From: an uncultured Gemmatimonadales bacterium
GTDB taxonomy: Bacteria; Gemmatimonadota; Gemmatimonadetes; Gemmatimonadales; GWC2-71-9
Length of the DNA stretch: 64,000 bases
Reading direction: 5' to 3'
NCBI GenBank assembly: GCA_963795085.1
Contig: CAWCFX010000003.1
Span: 288,001 to 352,000 of the forward strand
Positions within the stretch are counted from its first letter, which is position 1. Every line of letters starts with the position of its first letter. The position numbers and the translations under genes were made by a program. Shown piece by piece: positions 1 through 9,853 of the stretch. The notes under the pieces were generated by a model. The model saw nothing but the letters and a program-made list of their open reading frames with translations, was not told the DNA's origin and made no database searches.

Positions 1-1374
1 GCCCTGGGCGGCGCCGACATCGCCCTCTCCCATCCAGGCACCGAGCTGGCAATGGTGTTCAATCCTGACTCGGGCGTGGCGACCAGCACCAACAACGACA
101 TCTTTGTCGCCGGGCCCGACGGCAGCGGCCGGCAGCCCATCACCACCAATCCCGCCAACGATCATAGCCCCGCCTACTCGCCGGACAGCCGGTACATTGC
201 CTACCTGGCGATGGCGGTCCCCGGATTCGAGGCGGACCGTCAGCAGATCTGGCTCTACGAACGGGCGACCGGGCGCCGATCGGCGCTGGCGACGGACTGG
301 AACGCGAGCGTCGCCGCGATCACCTGGAGCAACGACTCCCGCAGCATCATCGCGGAGACCGAGGAGCGCGGGGAGCACGTGTTCTACCGGGTCGAGGTGC
401 CGAGCGGGGCCCGCACCCGTATCCTGAGCGGCGGGCTCAATACGTCGCTGGCGATCCCCCGGCGGGCGGACCTGCTTGTTTTCCTGCGGCAGACCGCAAC
501 CCAGCCTGCCGAGGTGTATGTGGCCAACCCGGATGGCGGCGGCGTACGCCCGCTGACCTCTGTCAACGGTCCGGCGATGGCCCAAGTGGCGGTCAATCCG
601 CTGGAGCCGTTCGCGTTTGCCGGCGCCTTGGGCGACAGCATCCATGGCTGGCTGATGAAGCCGCCCGGCTTCAACAGCCGCGAGCGGTATCCGGTGATTT
701 ACCTGATCCACGGCGGGCCCCAGGGGTCCTGGCTGGATACCTGGCACGCCCGATGGAACTACGCCCTCTTCGCGTCTCGCGGGTACGTGGTGGCCGCGGT
801 GAACTTCCACGGTTCGACCGGCTACGGACAGAGCTTCACCAACAGTATCAGCCGCCACTGGGGAGATTATCCATACGAAGACCTGATGAGCGGGGTGGAC
901 CACCTCGCCTCGTTGCCCTTCGTGGATTCCACCCGGATCGGGGCGGCGGGCGCCTCCTACGGCGGGTACATGATCTTCTGGATGGCCGGACACACCAACC
1001 GGTTCCGCACCCTGGTCGCGCATGATGGCATCTTCAACACCATCAGCATGGCCGGTACCACCGAAGAACTGTGGTTTCCGCTGCACGAGTTCGGCGGCAC
1101 CCAGCTGTCCCAGTCGGCCCGCGCCACCATGGAGAAATGGTCCCCCCACAACTACGTGGCGAACTGGGTCACCCCGATGCTGATCATCCACGGACAGCAG
1201 GATTTCCGGGTGGACGTCTCGGAGGGGTTCCAGGCTTTTACCGCCCTGCGCCTTCGGGGCGTACCGGGCAAGTTTCTCTACTTTCCCGATGAAGGGCACT
1301 GGGTGCTCAAGCCCCGAAACCGTCGGCTCTGGTGGGACACGGTCCTGGACTGGATGGATCAGTACCTGAAGTAA
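1..1374 (+). CDS. S9 family (prolyl oligopeptidase/acylaminoacyl) peptidase, 5'-truncated by window edge
   Basis: Frame open from base 1; PD40-like propeller repeats, IHGGPQG, nucleophile GASYGG, DFRV Asp and DEGH His. Confidence 0.92.
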   Translation, partial: ALGGADIALSHPGTELAMVFNPDSGVATSTNNDIFVAGPDGSGRQPITTNPANDHSPAYSPDSRYIAYLAMAVPGFEADRQQIWLYERATGRRSALATDWNASVAAITWSNDSRSIIAETEERGEHVFYRVEVPSGARTRILSGGLNTSLAIPRRADLLVFLRQTATQPAEVYVANPDGGGVRPLTSVNGPAMAQVAVNPLEPFAFAGALGDSIHGWLMKPPGFNSRERYPVIYLIHGGPQGSWLDTWHARWNYALFASRGYVVAAVNFHGSTGYGQSFTNSISRHWGDYPYEDLMSGVDHLASLPFVDSTRIGAAGASYGGYMIFWMAGHTNRFRTLVAHDGIFNTISMAGTTEELWFPLHEFGGTQLSQSARATMEKWSPHNYVANWVTPMLIIHGQQDFRVDVSEGFQAFTALRLRGVPGKFLYFPDEGHWVLKPRNRRLWWDTVLDWMDQYLK

Positions 1375-1430
1375 GCGGGCCGGGCCAGGGAGAGTATGGG
1401 CCGGTTGCACGGCGTACCCAAGGAGAATCG

Positions 1431-1832
1431 ATGCGCTCGCTTTTCGTGCGCTGGATCATCAACGCGCTGGCACTCTACGCGGCGTTCAACATCATTCCGG
1501 GGATCCATTTCGAGAAGGGGCCGGTAGCGCTGCTGGTGGTGGCCGCACTGTTCGGGATGGTGAACAGCGCGCTCCGGCCACTGCTCACGGTGCTCACCTG
1601 CCCGCTGGTGGTCCTTACCCTCGGCCTCTTCACCTTTGTCATCAACGCCATGCTGCTCCTGATTACGGCGTGGCTCTCCGCACAGCTCGATCTCGGACTC
1701 TTCGTGGACGGGTTCGGTGCGGCATTCGTCGGCGGGCTGCTCATCGGCATCGTCAGCCTGGTGCTGTCGCTCCTGGTCGGCGAGCGGAAAATGGTGGTGC
1801 GGCGGGTGGAACCGCCGGGAGACCAGCCGTGA
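1431..1832 (+). CDS. Phage holin family 4 / YvlD-like membrane protein
   Basis: AGGAG RBS before ATG 1431; four hydrophobic segments with typical 'LRPLLTVLTCPLVVLTLGLFTFVINA'. Confidence 0.85.
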   Translation: MRSLFVRWIINALALYAAFNIIPGIHFEKGPVALLVVAALFGMVNSALRPLLTVLTCPLVVLTLGLFTFVINAMLLLITAWLSAQLDLGLFVDGFGAAFVGGLLIGIVSLVLSLLVGERKMVVRRVEPPGDQP

Positions 1833-2167
1833 ACGCGCTCCTCTACCGTCCCGAACCGCTCCCCGACGCGATTCGCCGCTGGACGCGGCAGGCTCCCGAC
1901 CACCTGCTCGGGCTGCTGGGTTGCGCCGGCCTCCTGGGCGCGGTCGCGGCGCTGGCCCTCGATTCTCACCAGTGGCCGGTGGCGACGGGCCTTGCGGCGG
2001 CCGGCGGCCTCGGGATCTGGGGCCGGCTCAGGCATGCCGCCAGCCGGCAACCGAGCCGGTGGCGTGCCGCCGTCGCGACCGCGGTCGGGGCCCTGACCCT
2101 CCTCGCCGCCGTGATCGCGGTGTCGGTGGGACTCCTGGTCTTCCTGGGGCCCGCGCCGCACTTCTGA
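1829..2167 (+). CDS. Small hypothetical membrane protein
   Basis: GTGA overlap with upstream stop; three hydrophobic stretches. Confidence 0.6.
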   Translation: MNALLYRPEPLPDAIRRWTRQAPDHLLGLLGCAGLLGAVAALALDSHQWPVATGLAAAGGLGIWGRLRHAASRQPSRWRAAVATAVGALTLLAAVIAVSVGLLVFLGPAPHF

Positions 2168-2181
2168 GACGGAGTTCGCCG

Positions 2182-2793
2182 ATGTCTCATCCACCCGTCA
2201 CCGTCCTGCTGCTCCTCCTGGCATGGTGGCCCGGCGTGGCAGCCGGCCAGCAGGGCGCCCGGGCCTCCGAAATTCCGGCCATCTCCTGTGCCTACGCCGA
2301 CGGCGTGCTGGGCACCGATTGGAGCCGGGGCCCGGTCACCGCGGCACGGCTTCCATCCGGCGAGATGATGATCTCGTCCCAGGCCAGCGGCCGGCTCGCG
2401 GGCACCATGCATATCAGCGTCACCATCACCCATCACGAGCCCTCGCCGCCCTCGGAACCCCACGGCCAGTTGCACGTCCTGTTTCTCAACGATGGGCGTC
2501 TGGCGCAAGCCATGCTCCATCCCGACACGACCTCGCTGGCGCTGTTCCTGGATGATAGCCTGCACTTTGATCTGGGCACACCTGTTGAGGGCGAGGTCCA
2601 GGGCGCCACACGTAGCGCACATCTGACGCTGCACACCGCCCTCCCCCGGGGGGCCTTCCTGGCGCTGGCCCGGGCCCGGAAGGGCCGCGTCACCATCGCC
2701 GGCCGCTCCTACTCCATCGGAAGGAAGCTCCTGGAGCAGGTGTCGCGGGCCTACCGGGCGGTAATCTGTATGGCCCCCGTTGCCTACCCCTAG
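2182..2793 (+). CDS. Hypothetical secreted protein
   Basis: GGAG upstream of ATG; signal-peptide-like N-terminus (VLLLLLAWWPGVAAG). Confidence 0.55.
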   Translation: MSHPPVTVLLLLLAWWPGVAAGQQGARASEIPAISCAYADGVLGTDWSRGPVTAARLPSGEMMISSQASGRLAGTMHISVTITHHEPSPPSEPHGQLHVLFLNDGRLAQAMLHPDTTSLALFLDDSLHFDLGTPVEGEVQGATRSAHLTLHTALPRGAFLALARARKGRVTIAGRSYSIGRKLLEQVSRAYRAVICMAPVAYP

Positions 2794-2976
2794 CTCCAGG
2801 CCCGTGGCGCACGACCGGGGCCTGCAGTGGGGTCAGTGGTCCGGGGCCTTTGGTGAATTGGGCCTTGGCCGCCTGTCTCACTTGCCCCCTTGCCCCCCGC
2901 CCCTGCCCCCCTGCCCCCCTGCCCCCCCGTGACGTACGGCATATCGCCGGGACCTATCCGCGGATAGATTCTCCCG

Positions 2977-5118
2977 GTGACCAACGTCCAGCACCCCCCC
3001 GCCACGGCTTCCGCTGCCCCCCCACCCGTGGACCTGCGGCACCCATCGCTGTACCTCAACCGGGAGCTTTCCTGGCTGGAGTTCAACCGGCGGGTCCTGT
3101 GGGAGGGGCGCGACGCCCGTAATCCTCTTTTGGAGCGGCTCAAGTTCCTGGCCATCTTCAGTTCCAACCTGGACGAGTTCTTCCAGGTGCGGGTGGCGGG
3201 GCTCAAGCAGCAGCTGGCCGCAGGCTACCACGAACGGACCGCGGACGGGATGACACCGGAGGACCAGCTGGAGGCGATCTCGGCGATCGTCCGGGGCATG
3301 CAGCGCCAGCACAGCGAGTGCCTGCTCGGGGATATCCTGCCGGGATTGTCGCAGGCGGGGATCCAGGTGCTGGACATGGCCGACACGACGGAGGAGGACC
3401 GCCAGCACCTGGACCATTACTTCCACAGCCATGTGTTCCCGGTCCTGACCCCCCTGGCGGTGGACCCGGCGCATCCCTTTCCCTACATCAGCAATCTCAG
3501 CCTGTCGCTGGCGGTGGTGCTCCGGGACTCCGATGGCGATGAACGGTTCGCGCGGGTGAAGGTCCCCAGGATCCTGCCTCGCTGGGTGCGGCTGGCCGAA
3601 CCCAATCGGTTCGTCCCCCTGGAGCAGCTGATCGCCGCCAACCTCGAGTCGCTCTTCCCGGGAATCGAAATCCTGGGCTCCTACACGTTCCGGATCACCC
3701 GGAACACTGAATACGAGATCGACCACGACGAAGCCGAGGACCTGCTGAGCCTGATCCAGGAGGAGGTGCGTAACCGCCGGTTTGGTGAGGTGACCAGGCT
3801 GGAAGTGCATCCCACCATGCCGGCCGAACTCAGGAAGATGCTCCTCGCCGAATTCGCGGAGGAGCAGGAGTCCCGGGTCCCGTGGCTGACGGCGGACGAC
3901 ATCTTCGATGTCAGCGGCCCGATGGACGGCACCGACCTCATGGTCCTGGCGGGGACCGATGTCCCGGCACTCAAGGACCCGCCCTATCACCCCACCACGC
4001 CGCTCCGGATCGCCGGGCTGCGCGACATGTTCGAGGTGATCCGGGAGGGAGACGTGCTGCTGCACCATCCCTTCGAGAGTTTCGGCAACTCGGTCGAGCG
4101 CTTCATGCAGGCCGCGGTGGACGACCCCAACGTGCTCGCCATCAAGCTTACTCTCTATCGCACCGGCGGCGATTCCAGCATCGCCAAGCTGATGCTGCAG
4201 GCCGCCGAGCGGGGCAAGCAGGTCGCGGTGCTGATCGAGCTGCAGGCCAGGTTCGACGAAGAGAGCAATATCATCTGGGCTCAGCGGCTGGAGGATGCCG
4301 GGGTGCATGTGAGCTACGGCGTGGCGGGGCTGAAGACCCACAGCAAGGTGATGCTGGTCGTGCGGAACGAGGACGACGGCATCCGGCGTTACGTCCACCT
4401 GGGCACCGGCAACTATAATCCCAAGACCTCCCGGCTCTACACCGACTTTGGCCTCTTCACTTGTGACCCCCAGATCGGCGCGGACCTGACCGACCTGTTC
4501 AACGTCCTGACCGGCTTCGCGGCCCCGGCCGGGTACCGCAAGCTGATCGTGGCGCCCAACGGCATGCGGGACGCGTTCATCCGGATGATCCGCCGGGAGG
4601 GGGAGCAGGCCCGGGAAGGCAAGCCGGCCCGGATCCTGGCCAAGATGAACTCCCTGGTGGACCCGGAGATTATCGTTGCCCTGTACGAGGCGTCCCAGGC
4701 CGGCGTCACCGTGGACCTCATCGTCCGCGGAATCTGCTGCCTGCGCCCCGGCCTCCCGGGGGTGAGCGAAAACATCCGGGTCATCAGCGTGGTTGGCCGG
4801 TTCCTGGAGCACTCCCGCTCGTACTATTTCCTGAACGGGGGGGCGGAAGAACTCTATATCTCGTCGGCCGACTGGATGCCCCGGAACCTGGACCGTCGGA
4901 TCGAAGTGGCGGGTCCGGTCGAGAACCCCAACCACCGGGCAACGATCCGGGATATCATGCAGATGATGTGGCGGGATAACCGGCAGGCATGGGAACTGGC
5001 CTCGGACGGATCGTACACCCAGCGCTCGCCGGAGCCGGGCGAGGAGGAGCGGGCCACCCACCCCATGCTCATGGCCATCTACCGGGATGGCGGCCGGATC
5101 CCGCCCCTGCCCACCTAG
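2977..5118 (+). CDS. ppk1: Polyphosphate kinase 1
   Basis: YLNRELSWLEFN, SNLDEFF, HPFP, LKTHSK, HLGTGNYN, GRFLEHSR, SADWMPRNLDRRIE. Confidence 0.97.
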   Translation: MTNVQHPPATASAAPPPVDLRHPSLYLNRELSWLEFNRRVLWEGRDARNPLLERLKFLAIFSSNLDEFFQVRVAGLKQQLAAGYHERTADGMTPEDQLEAISAIVRGMQRQHSECLLGDILPGLSQAGIQVLDMADTTEEDRQHLDHYFHSHVFPVLTPLAVDPAHPFPYISNLSLSLAVVLRDSDGDERFARVKVPRILPRWVRLAEPNRFVPLEQLIAANLESLFPGIEILGSYTFRITRNTEYEIDHDEAEDLLSLIQEEVRNRRFGEVTRLEVHPTMPAELRKMLLAEFAEEQESRVPWLTADDIFDVSGPMDGTDLMVLAGTDVPALKDPPYHPTTPLRIAGLRDMFEVIREGDVLLHHPFESFGNSVERFMQAAVDDPNVLAIKLTLYRTGGDSSIAKLMLQAAERGKQVAVLIELQARFDEESNIIWAQRLEDAGVHVSYGVAGLKTHSKVMLVVRNEDDGIRRYVHLGTGNYNPKTSRLYTDFGLFTCDPQIGADLTDLFNVLTGFAAPAGYRKLIVAPNGMRDAFIRMIRREGEQAREGKPARILAKMNSLVDPEIIVALYEASQAGVTVDLIVRGICCLRPGLPGVSENIRVISVVGRFLEHSRSYYFLNGGAEELYISSADWMPRNLDRRIEVAGPVENPNHRATIRDIMQMMWRDNRQAWELASDGSYTQRSPEPGEEERATHPMLMAIYRDGGRIPPLPT

Positions 5119-5158
5119 TGGACGGTCTCACATGTTTCGATATTCGCTGTCGAACAGC

Positions 5159-5288
5159 TCACCACGGAGACACCAAGCACACGGGAGGTAGCACGGAGCA
5201 CCGGCTCAAGAGCCGCAAATCCCAATACCTTGGTGGCAGCATGAAGCTTCTTCGTGCTGCCTTCGTGAACTCCGTGACTCCGTCGTGA
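5159..5288. repeat. ~130-bp imperfect palindromic intergenic element
   Basis: TCACCACGGAGACAC (5159-5173) vs GTGACTCCGTCGTGA (5274-5288), 13/15 inverted match; lies between convergent ppk1 and dnaJ. Confidence 0.65.
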
Positions 5289-5330
5289 ATCAGTTCCTTC
5301 CCGCCTGATCGGAACTCTGGATACAGTCCA

Positions 5331-6431
5331 CTAGTACTTGAGGCCGGCCGCGTCGGCGAAGTCCTTTAGTTTCTCTTCCGCTTCCGGCGTCAGTGTTTCC
5401 GGCATGGTCACCTGGATCTGGACCAGCTGATCGCCCTTCTGCCCGGCCTTTTGAATCCCCAGTCCCTTGATCCGGAACTTCCGCCCCGGTTGCGTTCCCG
5501 CGGGAATTCTGAGCACCACTTTCTGGCCATCGAGGGTGCGGACCCGGAGCCGGGTACCCAGGGCCGCCTGGGCCAGGTTGATGGGGACTTCGCAGATCAG
5601 GTTGAGGCCGTCCCGCTGGAAAAAGCGGTCTTCCTGGACCTGAAATGTGATGATCAGGTCGCCTGGTGGTGCGCCGGCCCGCCCCGGCTCGCCCTGGCCC
5701 TTGAGCCGCACCTTGTTGCCCGTCTCGGTGGCGGAGGGAACCGTGATCATGATTTCGCGCTGAACGCGGAGTTCGCCGGCGCCCTGGCAGACCGGGCAGC
5801 GTTCGGACGGGATCTTACCGCGGCCGCGGCACTTGGGACAGGGCCGGCTGACCGCGAAGCCGCCCTGTCCGAACGAGACCGTTCCCCGGCCGTGGCATTC
5901 ATCGCACACGATGATCTTTGCCCCGGGCGCGGCACCGCTGCCGTGACAGTTGGAACAGCTTTCAGTCATAGGGAGGATCACCGGTACCTTGCCGCCCAGC
6001 GCGGCGACCCGGAACGGCACTTCGACCACCGCCTCCAGCGATTCGCCCCGGGACTCCTCCTTGCGGCCCCGGCCGAAGATGGAGGAAAAAATGTCGCCGA
6101 GCCCGAACCCGTTGATATCGCCGTAGTCGAAAGCCTCCTCCGCCCCCGGCTGGCCGGCCGGCCGGCCGGGACCCCGCGCGCCCGCCCCCTGGCGGCGAAA
6201 CGTGTCGAAGGCACCCAGTTTCCTCATCTGGTCATACTGCTTCCGCTTGTCGGCGTCGGAGAGCACGCTGTGCGCCTCCGAGATCTCCTTGAAGCGGTCG
6301 GCGGCCTGGGTGTTGTTCGGATTGGCATCCGGATGGTACTGCTTGGCCAGCCGCCGGTAGGCCTTCTTGATTTCGGCCGGCGAGGCGGTTTCCGGGACGC
6401 CCAGGACCTGATAGAAGTCCTTGTCGGCCAC
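5331..6431 (-). CDS. dnaJ: Chaperone DnaJ
   Basis: J domain with HPD, G/F region, four CxxCxGxG repeats, C-terminal domain. Confidence 0.95.
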   Translation of the reverse strand: MADKDFYQVLGVPETASPAEIKKAYRRLAKQYHPDANPNNTQAADRFKEISEAHSVLSDADKRKQYDQMRKLGAFDTFRRQGAGARGPGRPAGQPGAEEAFDYGDINGFGLGDIFSSIFGRGRKEESRGESLEAVVEVPFRVAALGGKVPVILPMTESCSNCHGSGAAPGAKIIVCDECHGRGTVSFGQGGFAVSRPCPKCRGRGKIPSERCPVCQGAGELRVQREIMITVPSATETGNKVRLKGQGEPGRAGAPPGDLIITFQVQEDRFFQRDGLNLICEVPINLAQAALGTRLRVRTLDGQKVVLRIPAGTQPGRKFRIKGLGIQKAGQKGDQLVQIQVTMPETLTPEAEEKLKDFADAAGLKY

Positions 6432-7048
6432 TAGGACTGGCCCTGGTCGGAGTAGACCTGCACCCGGGCCGGCCGGATCAGGGTGCCTTTAAACGAGTAG
6501 CCGGATTGGAAGGTCGCGCTGACCGAGTGGTCCTGTTCCGGGCTGGGCGGCGGGAGCGTGGACACGGCCTCATGCCTGGTCGGATCGAACGGCTGCCCCG
6601 CCGGGTCGATCCGTTCCAGTCCGCTGGATTCGAGTTCCTTGCGCAGTTTCCGGTTGATCATCACGGTGGCATCGTAAAGCGGGCCGGTCTGCTCGGCGCT
6701 GGCTTCGCCCGCGACCAGCCGGTCGAGGTCGTCCAGCACATCCAGCATCCGCATCACGAACGCCGCCTGAGCCCGGTCCGTCAGCTCGACCCGCTCCCGG
6801 GCGACCCGCTTCCGGAAGTTGTCGAACTCCGCCGCCAGCCGAAGCAGCTTGTCCCGGCTATCATCGAGTTCGCGGGTCAGCCGGGCCGCCCGTTCCTCGA
6901 GCGGTTCCATCGGCAGACCGCTGCCCCCTGTCGAAGGCTGGTGCAACTCCCCAACCTCCGCCACTTCGGCATCAGCCGTCACGGTCCGGTCGTCGGTCGC
7001 CCCGTCGGCCTGGACCACTTCTTCGGTAACCTTATGTTTGTTCTTCAC
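6431..7048 (-). CDS. grpE: Nucleotide exchange factor GrpE
   Basis: LRLAAEFDNFRKR, FDPTRHEAV, GYSFKGTLIRPARVQV; start uncertain (GTG 7048 chosen). Confidence 0.93.
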   Translation of the reverse strand: MKNKHKVTEEVVQADGATDDRTVTADAEVAEVGELHQPSTGGSGLPMEPLEERAARLTRELDDSRDKLLRLAAEFDNFRKRVARERVELTDRAQAAFVMRMLDVLDDLDRLVAGEASAEQTGPLYDATVMINRKLRKELESSGLERIDPAGQPFDPTRHEAVSTLPPPSPEQDHSVSATFQSGYSFKGTLIRPARVQVYSDQGQS

Positions 7049-7129
7049 TTGGCTTGCTCTCTTCGAGGAAGGCGAGTCGAAAGATAATAGCAACCGTCGT
7101 ACCGCCCACGTCAGCCACCATGGCAGTCC

Positions 7130-8365
7130 CTAACCTGCGATCATCCCGTATAGCTGGAACAGCGCCGCCTGCGCGGCCCGGGTCCGGATTTCTTCCCGGG
7201 AGCCGGGGAAGACATAGGAGCGGGCCTGAATTTCGCCGCCGGCAAGGCTGGCGTACCAGACCAGGCCAACCGGCTTTCCCGGGCTGCCGCCGCTGGGACC
7301 GGCGATCCCCGTGATCGCCATTGCCAGGGTAGCGCCAAAGCGCTCCGCCACGCCGTGAGCCAGCGCCCGGCAGACCGGCTCGCTCACGGCGCCGTGCTCC
7401 CGGATCAGGGCCGGATCGACGCCCAGGTGGGCGGTCTTCACGGCATCGCTGTAGGCGATGACGCCTCCCTCGAAGACATCGGAACTGCCGGGAATCGCCG
7501 TGAGCCGGCCCCCCAGGAGCCCGCCGGTACAGGACTCGGCCACCGCGAGCCGGTTTCCCGTGGCGCGGGCAGCGTCGAGCACCCGGGCCGCCAGGTCTGC
7601 GGTCCCTTCGGCATAGATGTACCGGCCCGCCCTCTCCTGGACCCGGTGGGCGGCGGCGGCCAGGCATTCGGCCGCCCGGTCCGGTCCCAGGTCCCACGCG
7701 GTGAGGCGCAGGTCCACCCCCAGGAGACCGGGGAGGTAGGCCAGGGACACCGGCGCGATCGGGGCATCGATATCATCCAGCAACTCGGCGAGCGTCGACT
7801 CTGCGATCCCGGTGGTCCGGAGGGTGCGCGACTGGATGACCGACCCTGAGGCCCTGGCGGCCAGCCGGGGAACCACCTCGCCGGTCATCAGGCCCCGCAT
7901 TTCCACCGGAACGCCGGGCAACAGGATGGCCAGCCCCGGTTTGCCCTCGAGCCAGAGTCCGGGCGCGGTTCCGCGCGGGTTGGGCAGCACCGTGGCGCCC
8001 CGCGGAACCTCGGCCTGGCACCGGTTGCTCACGGCCAGGGGACGGCCGTAGCGGGCGAAACGTGCCTCCAGTTCCTGCCAGATCTCGTCCCGGAATTCCA
8101 GGGGGAGCCCGAACAGGCCGGCCACGCTTTTCTTGGTGATGTCGTCGCGGGTGGGTCCCAGCCCGCCGGTGGTAATGACGGCCCCGGTGCGGGCCAGCGC
8201 ATCGGCGAGGGCGGACTCGATAGTGCGGGGGTGGTCGGGGATGGCGGTGCGGCGGGCAACCCGGACGCCGGCGGGTGCCAGCAGCTGGGCGATCTCGGCG
8301 CTGTTGGTATCGACGGTGAACCCCAGCAGCAGTTCAGTGCCGATCGTGAGGATTTCTATATCCAT
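7130..8365 (-). CDS. cinA: Competence/damage-inducible protein A (MoCF-binding domain + PncC NMN deamidase)
   Basis: IGTELLLG..DTNS, TGGLGPTRDDIT, AESCTGG, AITGIAGP. Confidence 0.95.
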   Translation of the reverse strand: MDIEILTIGTELLLGFTVDTNSAEIAQLLAPAGVRVARRTAIPDHPRTIESALADALARTGAVITTGGLGPTRDDITKKSVAGLFGLPLEFRDEIWQELEARFARYGRPLAVSNRCQAEVPRGATVLPNPRGTAPGLWLEGKPGLAILLPGVPVEMRGLMTGEVVPRLAARASGSVIQSRTLRTTGIAESTLAELLDDIDAPIAPVSLAYLPGLLGVDLRLTAWDLGPDRAAECLAAAAHRVQERAGRYIYAEGTADLAARVLDAARATGNRLAVAESCTGGLLGGRLTAIPGSSDVFEGGVIAYSDAVKTAHLGVDPALIREHGAVSEPVCRALAHGVAERFGATLAMAITGIAGPSGGSPGKPVGLVWYASLAGGEIQARSYVFPGSREEIRTRAAQAALFQLYGMIAG

Positions 8366-8422
8366 GCATCCTGGCCGCCCCTCGCGGGGCCATGGCAGCG
8401 CCCGGGTCTGTCGTGCGTTCCG

Positions 8423-9055
8423 TTATTTTTCGGAGAACAACGAGCGATACCGGTAGATGTACACGAAGAACGAATACACCGTCAGCGCCGCGGCGAGGGC
8501 GAGCGCCACCGCCACGAAGCCCCCGTGGAAATCATTCCACCAGGCGGCGAAGCGGTTGTGCTCCCACCCCATGGGTTTGCGGGCATCGCGGAAGGCGAAC
8601 CAGAGCATGACCGCGCCGATGAAGACGTTCTGGATGACGGTCTTGAGCTTGCCGGGCCCGGCGGCGGTGATGACCACGCCGCGGCGGCGGGCCCACCAGC
8701 GGAACCCGGTCATGGCCAGCTCCCGCCCGATCAGCAGGCCGCAAACCCAGAGCGGAATGCTGCCCCAGAATGGTATCCCGTAGTCCTCCTGGCGGGCCCG
8801 GCTGATGAAGTAGATGGGGATCAGGGTGGCGAAGAGCAGCAGCTTGTCGGCGATGGGATCCAGGAACTTGCCCAGGTCGGTGATCTGGTTCCGGCTGCGG
8901 GCGATGTAACCGTCGAAGACATCGGAGATCGCGGCAGCCAGGAAAATGACGAAGGCAATGAGCTTGGGCCAGTATCCGGCGATAAACGGCAGGAGCGCGA
9001 TGACCGGGGTGAAGGAAATCCGGATCAGCGTAATGACGTTGGGAAGGTTCCACAT
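8423..9055 (-). CDS. pgsA: CDP-alcohol phosphatidyltransferase (PgsA-like)
   Basis: NLPNVITLIR; SDVFDGYIAR..ITDLGKFLDPIADK signature. Confidence 0.88.
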   Translation of the reverse strand: MWNLPNVITLIRISFTPVIALLPFIAGYWPKLIAFVIFLAAAISDVFDGYIARSRNQITDLGKFLDPIADKLLLFATLIPIYFISRARQEDYGIPFWGSIPLWVCGLLIGRELAMTGFRWWARRRGVVITAAGPGKLKTVIQNVFIGAVMLWFAFRDARKPMGWEHNRFAAWWNDFHGGFVAVALALAAALTVYSFFVYIYRYRSLFSEK

Positions 9056-9160
9056 AGCCGCAATCTAAGCGGGACCGGGATGGAAGCCAGATAAGCAGCA
9101 GCGAGGCGGTGCGCGGCAGGCCGTGGGCAGTTCCTCCCCAGGCCCACCGCGTTCGGATGG

Positions 9161-9835
9161 CTAGCCCAGGCTCTTCAGTACCAGCTTGCTGATGGACTTG
9201 AGGGTGTCAAAGACCCCGTCCCCGTTCAGGGCGACGGCTTCGTAGAAAGGCGCCCGCTCGATCCACTCGCCGTCCTGCTGGTAGACCAGGAACTCTCCCG
9301 GCACGTTGGGATCGGGCATCGTCCGCTGCCGAACCGGGTCGCTCACCGGCCAGCCGGGATTGAGCGCGGCCTGCAGTTCGCCGATCGGGGCAGCGTTGGG
9401 GAGGTCGCGCTTGTTGTACTGGATGACGAAGGGCATCCGGGTCAGATCGTACCCGTGTTCCGCCATGTTGTCGTAGAGGTTCTGCATGGACTCGATGTTG
9501 GCTTCCATCCGCTCGATCTGGCTGTCGGCGACGAACACCACGCCGTCCACGCCCTTGAGGATGAGCTTGCGGCTGGCGTTGTAATACACCTGGCCCGGGA
9601 CCGTGTACAGGTGGAACCGGGTCTTGAAGCCGCGGATGGTGCCGAGATCCACCGGCAGGAAGTCGAAAAACAGGGTCCGCTCGGTCTCGGTCGCCAGCGA
9701 GATCATCTTGCCGCGGGCGCCGGGGGCAACCTTCCCGTAGACGTGTTCCAGGTTGGTCGTCTTACCGCCCAGCCCGGGGCCGTAATAGACCAGCTTGCAG
9801 TTGATCTCGCGGGCCGCGTGATTGATCATCGACAT
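9161..9835 (-). CDS. mglA: MglA-family small GTPase
   Basis: [43 protein letters not shown]. Confidence 0.96.
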   Translation of the reverse strand: MSMINHAAREINCKLVYYGPGLGGKTTNLEHVYGKVAPGARGKMISLATETERTLFFDFLPVDLGTIRGFKTRFHLYTVPGQVYYNASRKLILKGVDGVVFVADSQIERMEANIESMQNLYDNMAEHGYDLTRMPFVIQYNKRDLPNAAPIGELQAALNPGWPVSDPVRQRTMPDPNVPGEFLVYQQDGEWIERAPFYEAVALNGDGVFDTLKSISKLVLKSLG

Positions 9836-9853
9836 GAGAAGCGGAGTCCTTTC

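Noticed and set aside
1431..1832. Prophage implied by 'holin'
   Set aside because: This family is commonly chromosomal; no phage genes nearby.
2878..5061. Long antisense ORFs (727 aa here; also 18352-21000, 23911-25869, 32061-34349, 39035-41521, 43045-45078)
   Set aside because: Shadows of well-recognised genes on the other strand; expected in high-GC DNA and lacking motifs.
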